Below, piece after piece: positions 33,902-47,807 of a DNA stretch of 64,000 nt (within the stretch, counting starts at the first letter, position 1; each line of letters opens with the position of its first letter). A program made the translations under genes and the position numbers. The notes under the pieces are model-generated. The model had not been told where the DNA came from. It made no database searches and was given only the letters and a program-made list of their open reading frames with translations. The stretch lies in assembly GCA_000182565.2 (NCBI GenBank), contig KQ257462.1. One strand, written 5' to 3'. Origin of the DNA: Spizellomyces punctatus DAOM BR117. Its lineage: Eukaryota.

Positions 33902-35791
33902 CTACGCTACGGCTGGAACACCCCTGCTGAACACCTCTGGTCTACCGTGCCCATCCAACATTGATTGCACGATTGTCAGCATATTACAGGTTGCCAGCGT
34001 ATCTCGGTTCCAGTAGCGCATCGTCCAGGCTTGCTGACAGTTAGGGTTGGTACAACCCAGCAATCCATGGACTTTTTCAATCTTGCCTTCGCGACGGCGC
34101 CAAGGTCTTGAATGAGGTCGTGTTTTGAAGTCCTTTTCAAGGAAGTCATCAGATGAGGCCAAACAGCGAGGGCAGACAGATGAGGTCTTGTACTCGTCGA
34201 GAAGGAAGCAGTTGATCCTGTTCCGCTTAAAGAGGGTGCGCCAACCTTTCGTCTTTGATGAGGTCTGAAATCTCGCAGTTCGACCGGCGTCGCTCCAATC
34301 ACCCATCACAATGGTGAAGTTTTCGCCGTACTTGTTGCGCATGTTGGATATGAGGTCTGATTCGCTCTTCTGACGGTTTATGAATGCGTGCCATTTCCAT
34401 CGAGTATGAGCAGGGTGGGAGTAGAACTCCTTTCGACGATCCCAATCAGCGCGGCGAACGAGAAGGTAACGCATGAAGTCTATGAGGTTCATCGTCTTGT
34501 GGCTTGGGATACGTGATTCTATGAGGTCAATACCGCCAGCTTTCATCCGCTGCCGTTCTTTTGCAAATCGACGGCTTCCAGTCTCCATGCAGCGTTGATT
34601 GGCGGTGTAACGGAAGATGGTGCCCTTGTTGTCTTGGCAGTAGAGAATGTCGCGCTTGTTTGGATCGATAACGACAATGTTCTCTTGACAAGCAGATAAG
34701 TTGTTTTCCACATACAGCGCCTTCACCTCAGCTGCTAGAGCCTTTGCTGACTTTCTCGCTCCGCGCTTTCCGTACTTGTCAGCTTCTGGGTGCTTTAGGT
34801 ATACAGACACCGAGGTTCCGTCTGTCGTGATCGAGCCTTCAAAATGCATACCACAGCGAGACCGAAAAGCTTTGGTACGTAGATTACAGACGCGCAACCA
34901 TAAATCGACCTTCTCTACGGCTTCTGCTTCTTGGCGGGTGATGCAGAGGATGTGGGCGTAGAGAATGACCGTGTCGATGCGAATATGGCTTTGGATGAGA
35001 GAGCGGCGCAGAGGTATCGCGCTGAACTGTTGAAAACCTTGCTGCTCGAACAACTTTGACAGTCGGCAGTATGCAGGAAAGAAGGACATCGCGTCGATGG
35101 CAATGAGGTAGGCAAGCGGCTTGTCTTGATCAGGAAATGGCAGGTTAAGTGTCCAGATCTCTTCTAAAATCTCGTTTTCAAGAATGCTCAAGTCATCCAG
35201 TGATTCTGGCATAGTTTCGAAAAGGAAAACCGACTTCAAGTAGTGTAGCTGAGTAAAGAAAGCTTGCCGCGCATCGCTTTTCAGTGGCAGTCGCTGCTTC
35301 TGTCCCTTCACGTCGAGCCGCAGATTGATATACCGAAGGAGCATCTGCATGAAATGCTCTTGAACGTTGACTTTCAGGTTCGTCATCATACTCGCTGTCA
35401 GGTAATTGACTGATTGCTGCTCGCCTCGTAGATTTGGGTGAACAAAGCCGACGATTTGGCAGTACCGTTGAACATATGGCAGCAAACAATCCCGCCATGC
35501 CTTCTTTGCTTCCTTTCTTGGATGCCAAGCCTCTCCTTTGTTGAGAAGATAGAGAATTGCTTCGATTGTATCTTCATTTACCGTGGGAAAGGTTGGTGCA
35601 GATAGGATGTAGAATTTGAGAGCGTGGGAAGCGTGGTCAGCGAGTTGATGGATGATGGCGATGTAATCTAGAAGACGCTGCCGGTAGGTCTCGTTTGGCA
35701 AGAAAGCTTTTGCAAAGGAAGTCTTGTTGCAGGTATGTAAGCAAGTAGGTTTGTCGAGTTTTTCAAGCTTTTGCTTTTTCTTTGGCGGCAT
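33902..35791 (-). CDS. Fz1: Fanzor1 RNA-guided DNA endonuclease (TnpB-like, SpuFz1 family), 629 aa
   Basis: Intronless; MPPKKKQK NLS-like start. RuvC-I VVIDPNKRD (D376), RuvC-II LLDEYKTS (E533), CPRC..CTNPNC zinc finger, WNRD (D597). Colinear paralog of 4898-6796. Confidence 0.95.
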   Translation of the reverse strand: MPPKKKQKLEKLDKPTCLHTCNKTSFAKAFLPNETYRQRLLDYIAIIHQLADHASHALKFYILSAPTFPTVNEDTIEAILYLLNKGEAWHPRKEAKKAWRDCLLPYVQRYCQIVGFVHPNLRGEQQSVNYLTASMMTNLKVNVQEHFMQMLLRYINLRLDVKGQKQRLPLKSDARQAFFTQLHYLKSVFLFETMPESLDDLSILENEILEEIWTLNLPFPDQDKPLAYLIAIDAMSFFPAYCRLSKLFEQQGFQQFSAIPLRRSLIQSHIRIDTVILYAHILCITRQEAEAVEKVDLWLRVCNLRTKAFRSRCGMHFEGSITTDGTSVSVYLKHPEADKYGKRGARKSAKALAAEVKALYVENNLSACQENIVVIDPNKRDILYCQDNKGTIFRYTANQRCMETGSRRFAKERQRMKAGGIDLIESRIPSHKTMNLIDFMRYLLVRRADWDRRKEFYSHPAHTRWKWHAFINRQKSESDLISNMRNKYGENFTIVMGDWSDAGRTARFQTSSKTKGWRTLFKRNRINCFLLDEYKTSSVCPRCLASSDDFLEKDFKTRPHSRPWRRREGKIEKVHGLLGCTNPNCQQAWTMRYWNRDTLATCNMLTIVQSMLDGHGRPEVFSRGVPAVA

Positions 35792-35924
35792 GATGATATC
35801 TGTGGGAAAAGATGAAAGCCTGGGAAAATGGGCACGACAACTTATATAGGATTTTTTGGATCAAACCATAGTTCATGAGTCTAAATCGAGTAAAATTATG
35901 ATTAAATTGGTTGGAATCTATGTA

Positions 35925-35952
35925 CTAGTGCCAATACCCATCGGCTCCGCAC
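35925..35952 (-). repeat. Left TIR of Fanzor copy 2
   Basis: Inverted copy of 33816-33843. Confidence 0.95.
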
Positions 35953-38900
35953 TATGATCTGCGTCAGCCATCCCTCTCTATTGTAATATCTTGGTATTTT
36001 GGATCGAACTTGCCAGTGCTCTTGCTTGCAGTGCTTCAGTTTACTGGCCTTTCTTCTTCTTACGGACTTACTAGGAACTCACTGATGTTATGCTGCAATA
36101 AACCATCTTTATTCTTTGCCGCTGCAATACGACTAGTTCCATGGGTCTTCTAATTAAAACACTACATGGGTACTAACTTAAAGCGGCCTTAACTTCATTG
36201 GTAAATAATTCCGGACGCTGACCGAGGCACAGGAACAAAACCTTGAGGTGGCCTGAGTGAGCACCATCGATCCATTCGGGAATGGTAAAGAAGTCGAAGA
36301 GATATGTCGAACAGAAGAGTGACTATCAACCAATCATTTAACCAAACAGTAAGATGAATGCTTTACCAGAGTTTGCCAGAGTGGTTACGAACTTTCCGAC
36401 GTCTGAGAGATCTTTTGAATCGCAGGATCCGAGGAGAGGGTATCATTTTGGACCAGCCGATCGAAGATGTCCGAGTTCGTTACTGGGCAGAGAAAAGAAC
36501 CCTTGCGCAATCTGCCCTAAAAGATCGCAGTCAAGAAGAGCAACTGTTCGAAGGATATGAGACGCAAGGAAATACATACGCGAAACCCATTACAGAAGAA
36601 GGAAACGTCCTTGGCGATTTCGTCGAGTCTCTTCGTCTGTGCAACCTGGTAGAGATTGCTCTTTTCCGTTGTTCTTGTTGCGTGCATGTGGGACTCTCAC
36701 AATCTGTCATCAGTGGGACACCTTGCTCCAGAAACAATCTATGGACAGAGGAAAGCGGGAGAACAAGCACGACGTCCAAGTCATGTCATACATCTGCAGG
36801 GCGAAACTTTGATCGGATTCATAGGAATCGATCGAATGCTGCCCACCACGACTAGCCAAAGCCGCCAATATGTCTAGCTCTCTTAGTTACGGGCATTTAG
36901 GCTATTTTGACCAAAATCAACTGAGGGCAAGTCTTTTGCGATCCTGCGTATGCGAACAACCGCCGTTCGTCACTCGAGGTCAACAGGGTACTTTCGAAAA
37001 TAACTGCATTGTAGTTTTGTTTTCCCTTGACAATATTGATACAAGAGTCAATTGTGATTTCGATGCCTGTCTTGGGATATGCAAAGGGATCTGATACCTT
37101 TTTTTTATCAATTCGAGTATCCCTTTTCCGCCCACCATGTCCGAATCCGGTTAACATCGCTGAGCCTTATCGGTATGCCGTTACATTTTCTGCAGTTGTA
37201 CGCATGTAAGAAGGAAGAAAGCAATAATAAGAAACCGACCCTTCTCGCGACAGGTTCTATGGTCATCCGCAATCTCCCGACCGAGCCGCTTCGCAGTCGT
37301 ATTGGCACTGTTTGTCGCCGGCATGACGGACTTCAAGGACCTCGAGGTATCCAAGATTGAGCACAGAAATAAACGAAATTGACAGGAACAAAGGTCAGAT
37401 GATAAATGACATGACCGGCGTTGATGCAGTGTTCTTGTGTTAGACCTGAAGAAGACGGACGAAGACCGCATATTCGAGGCACTTGCATCTTTCCCACATA
37501 TAAGACCGTCTTTCATGAAGGGCGAATGGTCCGCGACTCTACCGTTTTGCAGTTGCCAGTTACCCCGGGTGCGCATGTTGCTTCATTGGCGCTCGAAGTA
37601 AGAAACAAAACAATACTGGAAGCAGTGTAGACTGTTTTCTTGCACTTCGTCAGGTTGATCCTTCTCCATCACCTTGTACCAGAACGCCGGCAAACTCCCG
37701 CTCATTTCTTCACTGTGGGCTGCCCTGCTTACCCCCTAGCCCCAAACGCCAACAAAATGCCATCATATTACCGATGATGAATTCCTCACCGCAACGGGCT
37801 TCGCTGAAGCTTGCAACTGTACATTTAACATATCACCTACAATCCGGTCTCACTCAAATAAGGTTACGCCGATTTCAATTCGTTGCGGAATTTTCAGTGA
37901 CTATCAAATCGGCGTTTGAGTAAAGCGAGGGAATAGGGATTCCACATGCATCCTGGAATCATATCGTTTTCTTTTACCAAGACTCAATTGTAGTGTGCTG
38001 GAAAACCGGCAAATCATTAGTGAAGGCCGCTCCAACGTTATGGTGAGGACGTTCTGACCATGACAGGCGAGATGCCCTTGTCGTTGGAAGAGTGGTTTAA
38101 ATAAGTGCGCCATATATTCATTTCCACTACTGATACGGAATGATGCAAGGCTGGGGAAGAAGTCAGTGGTTTATAGGTGTAGATATTATTACATCAGACC
38201 ATTAGATGCTGCTTGTGTGGGAAACCTTCAGTGTGCAGCCTACGTTAAAGGGACATTCTGAGCTGTTCCTGCAAAGATGCGGCATCCATCTTTCATCCGT
38301 TCACTTGCTGCGTTCTACCAAGTTTATCTCAACTGACGCAAGGTGAGACCACATAGCACATTGTTCTGTCGTCGAAGTGGGCAATTACCATGTCAGCGCG
38401 GTGGACCTTTCCTCTTTTCTATGTCATCCAGGTTGGGAGACTTGCAATGTATCCGTTTATATTAAGATACAGCAGAGCATCTATTACCACACTAGCTTAG
38501 GGCTGGAAACATGCATGTCGTTCTACCGAAAGTATCCCTGGGCTGTTTTCCAATTCTAGATGCGAAGACTACACTTTCATTTCCCTTCTCATTGTAACAA
38601 GCACCCATCTCATCAATCTATTCGTCCCTCAACCAAAGTGCCTTTAACTCTAACCCTTTCCCCACCTCCGGTAAATATCCACACGTGGAAGATACAGTCG
38701 TCGGAATGCTCAAGCATCTCCACAGAGCCTTCAACGTCCACATCAAATCTAGTGTTTCTAGAATGTCGACAGAGAGGTCAAGCTGCATAGTGGCCTTGAA
38801 ACCGAGTGAATGAACCGCCGACCCTTTCGAAGCCTTGTTGGGGCGTGAGTCATTTTTTCCCTCTGGAACTGGTCGCTGGTGGGTCGGTAGACCAGTTAGG

Positions 38901-41900
38901 TGACGGCCAGCCACTATTGTTCTACTTGCATTGATATGATTTCGACACACCTTTGCCCTCATGTCTAGTCTGCAAGGTGACGTGTAAGGCAAGCTCAGTG
39001 TGTTTGCCTGGCATTACGGTTCGCTTCGCCTACTAAAGGTTTCCAGAGAAAGATGTTGCTTGGAGGGTCTTCATGGGTTGCGGCAATCTCAAAAGGACGC
39101 ATAATTTCTTCCTTTAAGATGGTAAGATGTTGTAATTCGATGAAAGGGTTCCGGGGACGCAGAAGGTTTTGGTGTGGGAGATGTTGACGGGGTGATCCTT
39201 TCGGCCCAGAATGAGTGTTTAAATTTGTACCTATCCATCATTGCCGCAAGATGAATAAGTTAATGACGTTGTGAGATTCATAGTGAAAGAAACGGGCCTC
39301 GTTCTTCTATCTTACCATAAGAATGAATTGATGGGAAATCACTCTCCAATGCACACTGAACACTTGGTACGCCGTGAGTTCCGTTTTGCATCTGGTTAGC
39401 TCAAACAGAGCGCCCCCAAGGAGCTTTGTTGGCATCACGAATCGTCAGCATACGCTACCTGTAACAGCTAGCAACCTTGCCAACCAGTTATACCAGATAT
39501 TACTGTCCACATCGCTAACCGTTCTTCGCTAAAGACGGAACTAATCACATCTGATTACGTTCCCAGGTTTACCTTCGCAAGCGACATGAATGGAAAGGCT
39601 CCAGGGAATGCCTATACCGCTACACTCGGATCACCAACGGACTCGTGAAATACCGATCTGCCAAGGGAAGTAGATATCAGATCTGGGACGGTACACATCC
39701 TGAGTTGTGTGTTTAACTACATCTTTGCCTGCTGTTAATTTTGTTGCTGATGCAACAATTTTGGTGGGGTCCACCCTTTAGGGTTTTAACGACCTCAGAA
39801 AACATAGCACTCCACTACAGAGATGGGTGAGAACACCTCAAGCACGAAAATCTCAACTTCAGCAATCCCTTCTTTGCCCTCCTCGGACAAAGCGTTAGAT
39901 TAATGCATAGCAAACAGCTCCTAGGAAGGTCATCGATAAACACTTTTGTCACGCCCGCCATTCTTTCACGGGTCTCGGGTGTCGTGAAAGATGTCAATGA
40001 GTGGGCTAAAAATCTCGAAACTCATCCGCTCGTCAAACCCTTGAGAGGGACTGCTTGTGTCGATCGTAAGTTGAGGTGCGGATTTCATCTTAATTAATGA
40101 CATCTAGCTCGGCAGGATTGCATGAAAAAGTTCCATTGGTGGCTTTAGAACACCTCCACATTTTCCTTATTGCGAAATTCCTATATGGTAATATCATAAC
40201 ACAAGCAGATCTTCAGTGGCTCAATATCGTGAAGGAATTTGGCGGATTGTTTCGCCTGCAATTTGTCCAGGTCCAAGCTGAGTGAAGTTGCTTTCGGGGG
40301 GCACTCAATCTCCGTTGTGGATTCCAGCTTGGGTTTTTAAGATCGCACATGTCAATTGGAAATGTGGATTAAGTGTGGGCGCCGCCTATGTTTGACCACA
40401 GGACATTCTCAAAGTGTTTAAAATAGTTTGGCTTCAAAGGCCAATCACCGATTTAAGATCAGATTACCCATCGACTTCTCAAACGGTTCGTCTATTTGTC
40501 CCTATATCTTTCTTCCGCTCCAGCTCCACCTGCTTTTCAGGTGCGCCATTCGTGAAAGTCCGCACTTAACCCAATATCTCACCACCACATTGCAACAGCG
40601 TTTCACGATGTCATTGCTAGTGATATGCTCGATGCAACATACTACAGATGGAAGCGTCTGCAAATTCGGTCACAGTCTCGTACACCACCGTTAATTCCCG
40701 AATCCAGTTACCCTCGTCGTGGAACCGGAGGGTCCGGTATTTCATTCCCTTCGCAATCTGCGGTAGATGAAAAACATGGACAAACATACGATCGACAATT
40801 TGAATGGAGGCAGCTACATCGAAGAAGGGCTCGATTGGCGCATCGGGCTAGATGCGGACAGATTGATCACTTTGCAGTATGATCTGAAGATTAGACAGGG
40901 AGGATGTCGCCAGGCCAAATGTGCGCTAGCAGGTTCGAGTCACTCCAGAACGCGGCCACGGGTGCCATCTCGGACGATATGGAACTCAACCAACGATCCA
41001 GTTTTCCTTTCTTCTGGAGAGTTAGATAGAAATATGAAGGCACATCTTCACAACAAAATGGCAAAAGGATCGAGCAAGATCAACACTGGTGCCAAAAGTG
41101 CCGCCACCGCAACCTTGATATGATTGATTCTCCGCGAGGATCACATTCCCTCTAACAGCAGCGCCAAACGTTAATTTGAAGTTGGAGAAAGAACAGTTTC
41201 CAGCATGCACGCATAATGGGATTCCTGGGATCGACAAGAGCCGAAAGACTTCAAGCTTTTGTCTCTAGGAAGGGTAAACTGATCCTTTAGCGTTCCCTCG
41301 GTTGTCTCCTAATGAGTCCTGGCGCGGTAAGCAACGTCAGGTTCGTCAGGATTTCAGTACCAGACTTTCCAAAATGATGAGGCTGCACGCGCACCTTTTT
41401 TTTTCAAGCTCGCCAATGATCGAGACCTGGTAGTGGGAGTATCCCTCGACAAGACGACGTTTTTACTCCCTTGTCGAATTAGAAGGGTAATAGCTTCAAT
41501 CAGAAATCACGTCTGGGTAGGGCAGGGTAGAGAAGCACTTGGAAGGGAGCGCTCAGCTATGCTCAGAACCTCTGTATGCGGCTGTGGAAGGGTTTCCAAG
41601 CAGACGACAAGAGCAAGCCAAGCGCTATCGACGGAGCTACACGCTGACTAGCATGCCATACAGCCACTGACAGGAGGACAGGAGGATACAGGCCTTATTG
41701 GCAAATAAATCCAAATATTCTAGAGTGCAGCTGGAATGGGAAAAGGGACATGCGGCAAACCGGTATTTGACTTTCGTTGGCCCGCTTCACCTTTTTCGCT
41801 TCATGGTGTTCCCCAACCTCGTTGAAAGCCAACGAGCAATAGTACTTGGATTCCCCACACCTTTCCTTCAACGGCACTTCATGACTCGTAAAGTTCGACA

Positions 41901-44900
41901 TCGTTCATCGGAGGATCAACGAACTTGCAAATTGAATCATGACTGGCCCAGAGCGCAATGAAGTCCCTCCTCCCAAGTACGAGGATTCCCTGAAGCAATT
42001 CCTAAACCACTACAAAATGGAAAAGGGATCTGATCTTGCAAGGCATAGACAAAATAAGGTTTGGTGTTTGGTAGGATCTCCTGTGGCTGGGGTCCCCTTT
42101 GCAGAAGCTTTCGGATAAACAAGAGATCCAGGTTGAATCGCTGGGACAACAGAACAACGATCAAGGTGGGGGGGGGGGGGGGGGGAGGATTCCAAGCAGC
42201 GCCAACTACTTACTATATGCCGGCTGACATGCGCAGCAGGAAGAAAGAAAGGGGGTTCAACGAGGTTGGCCGTCAGGAAGTCCTTGCAAATATTTCGTGC
42301 AGAATGAACCCCATCCCGCGCTGGCGGTCGGAGACAACCAACGTTGTTTTTTCTGTCCGTCCGGCATGACGGACGTATTATTTTCCACTTCGAGGAGACG
42401 GCCGGATGGAGTGCATATGTTGGTCAATTTTAGCATTGACTGCCCTTGTCAACTCGCATAACTCGCAATTTGATATGAAACCCTCCAACTGCCAATTGCG
42501 GTTGAGAGCCATCCTCCACAACTGTCCTTAACTTGCATTCGCCCTGATCTTCCACATCCTCTTTTCATACTCTACCAGGCCACAGAACAGAATGGCTTGC
42601 CTCGAGGAATCACAGAGTCCGGTGTCGGTATCATTCGCATTCAAGGCGTAAAGTAGGCACTATATGACCCTCTGGTGCCTATGACTACCTCCACCCGATG
42701 ATAGCATGATGGTTCTTACCCAAAAGTCTCTACAAAGGGCCATTTCTTTGCGCGATACTCAACTGCTGGTAATTCAACGAACTTATGAAAAAGAGTACAC
42801 ATCCAAGACGAGAAGATTTAGAACATTACTACCCACCGAAAGTAATTCATGCCCATCTTACTCTTTCCCGTATGTTTCCCGATTCAAAAACATCAAGAAT
42901 CAACAAGCTCTTTCTCCTTTTCTTCGCATTGCCTTCGTAGTCAATTTCCCAAGACTCTTCAGACTCTTCCATCCGCTGATGGATCCGCAGCGGCAGCCAA
43001 GACCGCATACTTACGCTTGCAATCTTTCTCGGTACGGAAGAGGGACGCGAGGACCTGACTCTTACAGTTCGGACGGCTCTTAAGGAAAACGGCCAGGAAG
43101 ATTCCACGAATATTTTCGAAGTTGCTTTCGTTCAACCCATCAGAAGTGAGGGGGCTGAGACGGACAGGTTTAAAGCGTAGATTTGTACCATCGACAAATG
43201 GCCGAGCTGCTAACAGCATAGCTCTACCACTTTCAGTTGGCGGTGAAAACTTGCCATGCCAACACTCAGGTATCAGTCTTGTTCAACACCTTAATACCAA
43301 ATATCAAATCACTACTGCGGTGATACTGTTCAAAATCAGTCGGTAATCCTTTACATGTTAATCCTTTGGTTTTCCGCGCCTTTCACGACGTCCATAATTC
43401 CGCAGTGGTTAACGCAAACCGAAATATTCAGGAGCTAGCTGCAGAGTAGCCAGAGACAAAAGGTACAGAGTTAAGCTGGTCTTAATGACCAAAAATGAAC
43501 ACCAGCTACGATATTTGAATGTAAGTTGACTAAGTCTGGTTAAACGTTCAATTTTATACCGTAGATGTTCTAAACTTCCGAAAGGTTAGAAGTACTGTGG
43601 AGGTCCGCCAAACAGCAAGAAGTAACCATTGGACCCTCAATAGTTAGGATGGATGGCCTAGCTAAATGATTGTCCATTGCGGTACTCATGATAGAATGTT
43701 ATAGTCCAGACCTAAAATCCGCGCAAATTCCTCAGCCCTACTCCATTGTGATATTTAAATTGCCTCCACCCGTTTCGACACAACCTCGACACACCTTGAA
43801 GAAAATGAGCGGCAGCTCTACCCCTGACATTCACAGGCATCGTCTCAAAAGTCGTTACAGAATTGTGCCTTTACCGAGGCGTCGAGATGGGGTAATGTCT
43901 GCTGGAAGGTTTCGAAGGAACGAAGACTAATTGACGATCCAAAAACGACGAACGTAGTAGTCCCTAGCAAAATGGCAAACGATGGTACCTTCGTGCCATC
44001 CCAATGGCATTCAGTCCAGACGGGTATATCGATCGTCATATGGGTGTCATCTCCTTTTCCTGCTGCCAGTCCTGGCCGAGCGGTGCGGATCACCTTAAGA
44101 AGCCTACTATCAAATCGTAAGTGGCGCCTCCAATATCCAGCAGCATACGCATGCAGTCGGCGATTGCAGGAAATTTTCAGTAGTGTACTGTGGAAACATT
44201 TTGGTCCGCAGTCATGATGATAATGATAGTATTACGGTGCTTTCTATCTTTTATGGAGGAGAAGGATTATTCTGGACGCTTGGCACAGAGAGACAGAAGA
44301 TTACGAAGGAGTACTTCTCCCAGTCTTCAACTTATATCTGAAAAGTGTCGCCGCCCAAATTATGGTCCGTCATTAGATACAAAAATTGCTCCTGAGTGAA
44401 TATCCGACCATTAACCGATTAGACCACCGCATGGCCGGGTGACTGTAACCGCTAAATATCGGGAAAAACCATCATGTTAACATGCTGGTGAATACTTGTC
44501 ATATCGATGGTATCCACAGTAAATGTGGCAGCAATTCGAACTTGTTGATTGTGGTTGCAATCACTTCAACTAAATGTCATCATACTGTCTTATAGCTTTC
44601 ATCAATAAACGAGATGGTTGGGATGAGCACGGTAATATACATGCGCCAAACTGTTCAATGTTCTTGTAGATAAGTTTTCCTGTTTTCCGAATTCCAGTTT
44701 TTAAAGAGTTCGATGCTTGCCTCACTGATAACGAACGGGGCCTGCGGAGTTCTTTACGTAAGCAGACGGTCATTCAGGGCACGTGGACAAACGTTAATGC
44801 CGACATCCTTTTGACACAGCCGAACAGTTCAAAGCAACTACCATACATTGGCCACCATGGCATCGCAATCTCGGCATAGGAATACTGCAGCATCCCACCT

Positions 44901-45053
44901 TGCAACCCCTCCAGAATCTCAAGACTATGAACTTGTATCCCGATCGGTGTCGCAGTCAAACCCGTCATCAACCCCAAGCACCCAGCCAAAGAAAAAGAAT
45001 AAGAAAGGTGGTCACTAAGTTATCCAAACGCTTCACGTCGTTTGTAACTGACT

Positions 45054-46388
45054 ATGAAAGGTACTCCTCTAGACAAACCATGGAAGCAACAACGTCTTCC
45101 TGCCTGGTTTCCCATTCTCACTCCAACACTTGTCGCAATTCCTTTGATTGTGACAGCGCTCATCTTCATTCCAATTGGTGCCTGGATATATCATACAGAA
45201 TCACAAGTCGGTGAAGTTATTTTCGACTATACAGACTGCTCAGAGTTGGCTGCGCCCACATTTGCTCCTCCGCCACAAGGGTCCAAATATCAACACGTTA
45301 GTGCATGGCAATACGACCCGACGACGAAAAAATGCAGCCTCCAACTGAACCTTACGTGGTCGTTACCACCTCCGGTTTTCCTTTACGTGCGTCTCACGAA
45401 CTTTTATCAAAATCACCGACTGTACACTAAATCCGTCTCCGCGGATCAACTTAATGGCAAGGTCTACATGGATGCCAAAGACATTCCGGGTGACTGCTCC
45501 TGGTTGCGCTATGCGAATTGTGACAGGGCCCGGCAGGAGAACTCGTGGAGTGGTTCAGGGAATATGGCTGACATGAACCCAGATTGCCGGACAGCTGTAG
45601 CGGATAGAGCTGAAGTGATTAAGAATGCGACATGGGGTGCACAGTATTATCCATGCGGATTGGTCGCCAATTCAATGTTTTCTGGTATGTTTGTAGTCGC
45701 TGACTTTGTGAAGCAGTTTATGTATCTCACCATAGTATTCTTCGTTAGACGATATTTCCGCACTTACCTGTATTAGTACTCCAGATGCCCCATCGTGTCC
45801 CGTTGGGACATACATCTTCTCTGAGCGCAACATTGCGTGGGAAGAAGATAGATGGCTGTACAACCCCAGTTCATGGTTTACAACCCCATCCCTTGCCTCT
45901 GATGTTCCCACAAATGTTATCCCACCTCCTGCCTGGCGAAGCGCATTTCCCGCCTACAAAAATGGTTACAACTCAAGTAATTACCCTGACATAAAAACTT
46001 GGGAAAGATTTCAAGTCTGGATGCGTAAGGCCGGGTTCCCAACGTTCCGGAAACTCTGGGGGCGGAACGACGAAATGGCGTTAAATCGTGGGGTGTGGCA
46101 AGTTGATATTGTTGATTCATTTGAGGTCAAGAGGTTTGATGGGACCAAGTCGTTCGTTGTATCTACTCTGGGTCCTTTGGGCTCTAGAGGTGGATTCGCT
46201 GGAATCGCATACCTTGTTGTAGGTGGGTTGGCAGCCCTATCTGCGTTCTTGGTATTTGTTGTCAGAGTCAGGTGAGCATGCCCGGCTCCTTTTATCGCTA
46301 TCGATTGTCCAGCTAACGGATGCGGCGCGGTAGGAAATTGGGTGACGAAAGCTATCTCTCATGGAATAACCCACCCAAGAGCGAATGA
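45054..46388 (+). CDS. Cdc50/Lem3 family P4-ATPase flippase beta subunit (multi-exon; start may lie further upstream)
   Basis: KQQRLPAWFPILTP plus TM segment, LTNFYQNHRLYTKS, YPCGLVANSMF, WMRKAGFPTFRKLWG, GTKSFVVST, GIAYLVVG TM segment, RKLGDESYLSWN. Confidence 0.92.
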
Positions 46389-46671
46389 TCGTCGTTCTTT
46401 GACTTTGTTGATGAACAAATGGATGATGTATATAGACAATTTATCAGTTTTTGGTACTGGTGCTGAGATAGGAAACCTTTACATTCAATACAACCTGTGT
46501 AAATTGACCTCAATATCTTACGCGATGACATCACTCACTGAGGACATGTAAAGTGCCAAGTGAAACCGCTTGAGTTATCAAAACCCCCGGCAGTTTGCTA
46601 AATTACAAACTAGACTGCGTCGCTTCCAACCTAAAACTATGTTATCTGGCATTTCCAAAAATTCTTTGGCA

Positions 46672-47807
46672 TTATTCCAATCTGATCTCGTCAATATCTT
46701 CTGGTGTCTCTTCGACTACGTCGTCGCCATCATTGAAGTCTTGGAAGAGTGGCTCATCGTTCTCAGACTTCTCTTCCGATGAGGCGGCAGCAGCGGTTTG
46801 TCCTTCGTCGCCGTCCTCTGGCCTTCTGAATCGGATATGTGACTCGTAAAAGGATATCATCTGGTAACCGAAATCAGGTTTAGCATCGCCTTCCGGTAGA
46901 GGTTACTCCGGCATACTTACCGCTTGGGGACACTTTTTGTTCGCAACCACGGACGAATGCATACTTCTTCTCCCGTCTTTCCATAAGATAAACACAACCA
47001 ATTCGGACTCTGTGTGTCCTTGCTCGATAGTTTCGACCTCAGCGACTAGGTCTTCCCATGACTCCGCGTTCGCAATTTCTGGGTCAAGTTCGACCTCTTG
47101 GTCATATACGCGCACTAATATAATACATTATATTCGTTGAGGTCTGCATTCGCTGTCGCGGCCAAGTAGGGCACACGGCACTTACCGTCGTCCTCATCTT
47201 CGTCTTTCGCGGGGGTGGATGCCGACTCTCCGTTCGGTTCGTATTTGGGCCTCTTTCCTTTTGGATCGTCGGATTCCACGGTCGTCCGAAGAGGCTTCCG
47301 TTTTGTCTAAGATAGCAGGTCAATTTTAGTATACCTTCGGGCCGCCATAAATCCCTTTCATAGAAGACCATACCTGCTTTGGAACAGGGCGCTCTGGTTC
47401 ATTGTCATCGGCACTGTTTGACCCATCTTTCCCACCTTGAGCTGCAGCTTTTGCAGCCGCAATTTGCGATCGTGCAACGGTACCCGTCTTAGAGGGTCCT
47501 TGATTAGCTTGCGACTTCCAGTACTCTTGGATTAGATCGGTCGCATGGATGTTTTCCACGGGTTCCCAGGTGTTGTCTTCCTCGGGATATCCTTCCCATT
47601 TGATCCGATATTGCTCCACTCCCTTAAAAGGTTGAAAACTCAGTTTCCTCGGCAAGAGTCAGACAGACCGGATGGACCCTGGGGACGTACTCTATGACAC
47701 CGATAACCAACGATTTTCTCCACTTCATACGTCTCTGGTTCCTCATCGCTCTCTTCCTCCGAGGGAGGGTTTCGTTCCAAGACGGTTTTCCCTTTGGATT
47801 TCACCAT
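46672..47807 (-). CDS. HP1/Swi6-like chromodomain plus chromoshadow domain protein (multi-exon)
   Basis: Chromodomain YEVEKIVGYR / EQYRIKWEGYPEEDNTWEPVENI; chromoshadow SWEDLVAEVETIE..ILWKDG..ANKKCPQ / MISFYESHIRF. Confidence 0.88.

Larger units (their letters stand above)
33816..35952 (-). mobile_element. Fanzor1 non-autonomous DNA transposon, copy 2 (2137 bp, 28-bp TIRs, TA TSD)
   Basis: GTGCGGAGCCGATGGGTATTGGCACTAG (33816-33843) is the exact reverse complement of 35925-35952. TA at 33814-33815 and 35953-35954; TATG at 35953-35956 is CATA on the element strand. Confidence 0.95.

Noticed and set aside
42168-42185. G18 run as a retrotransposon polypurine tract
   Set aside because: No adjacent TG..CA LTR, and no recognisable gag/pol remnants.
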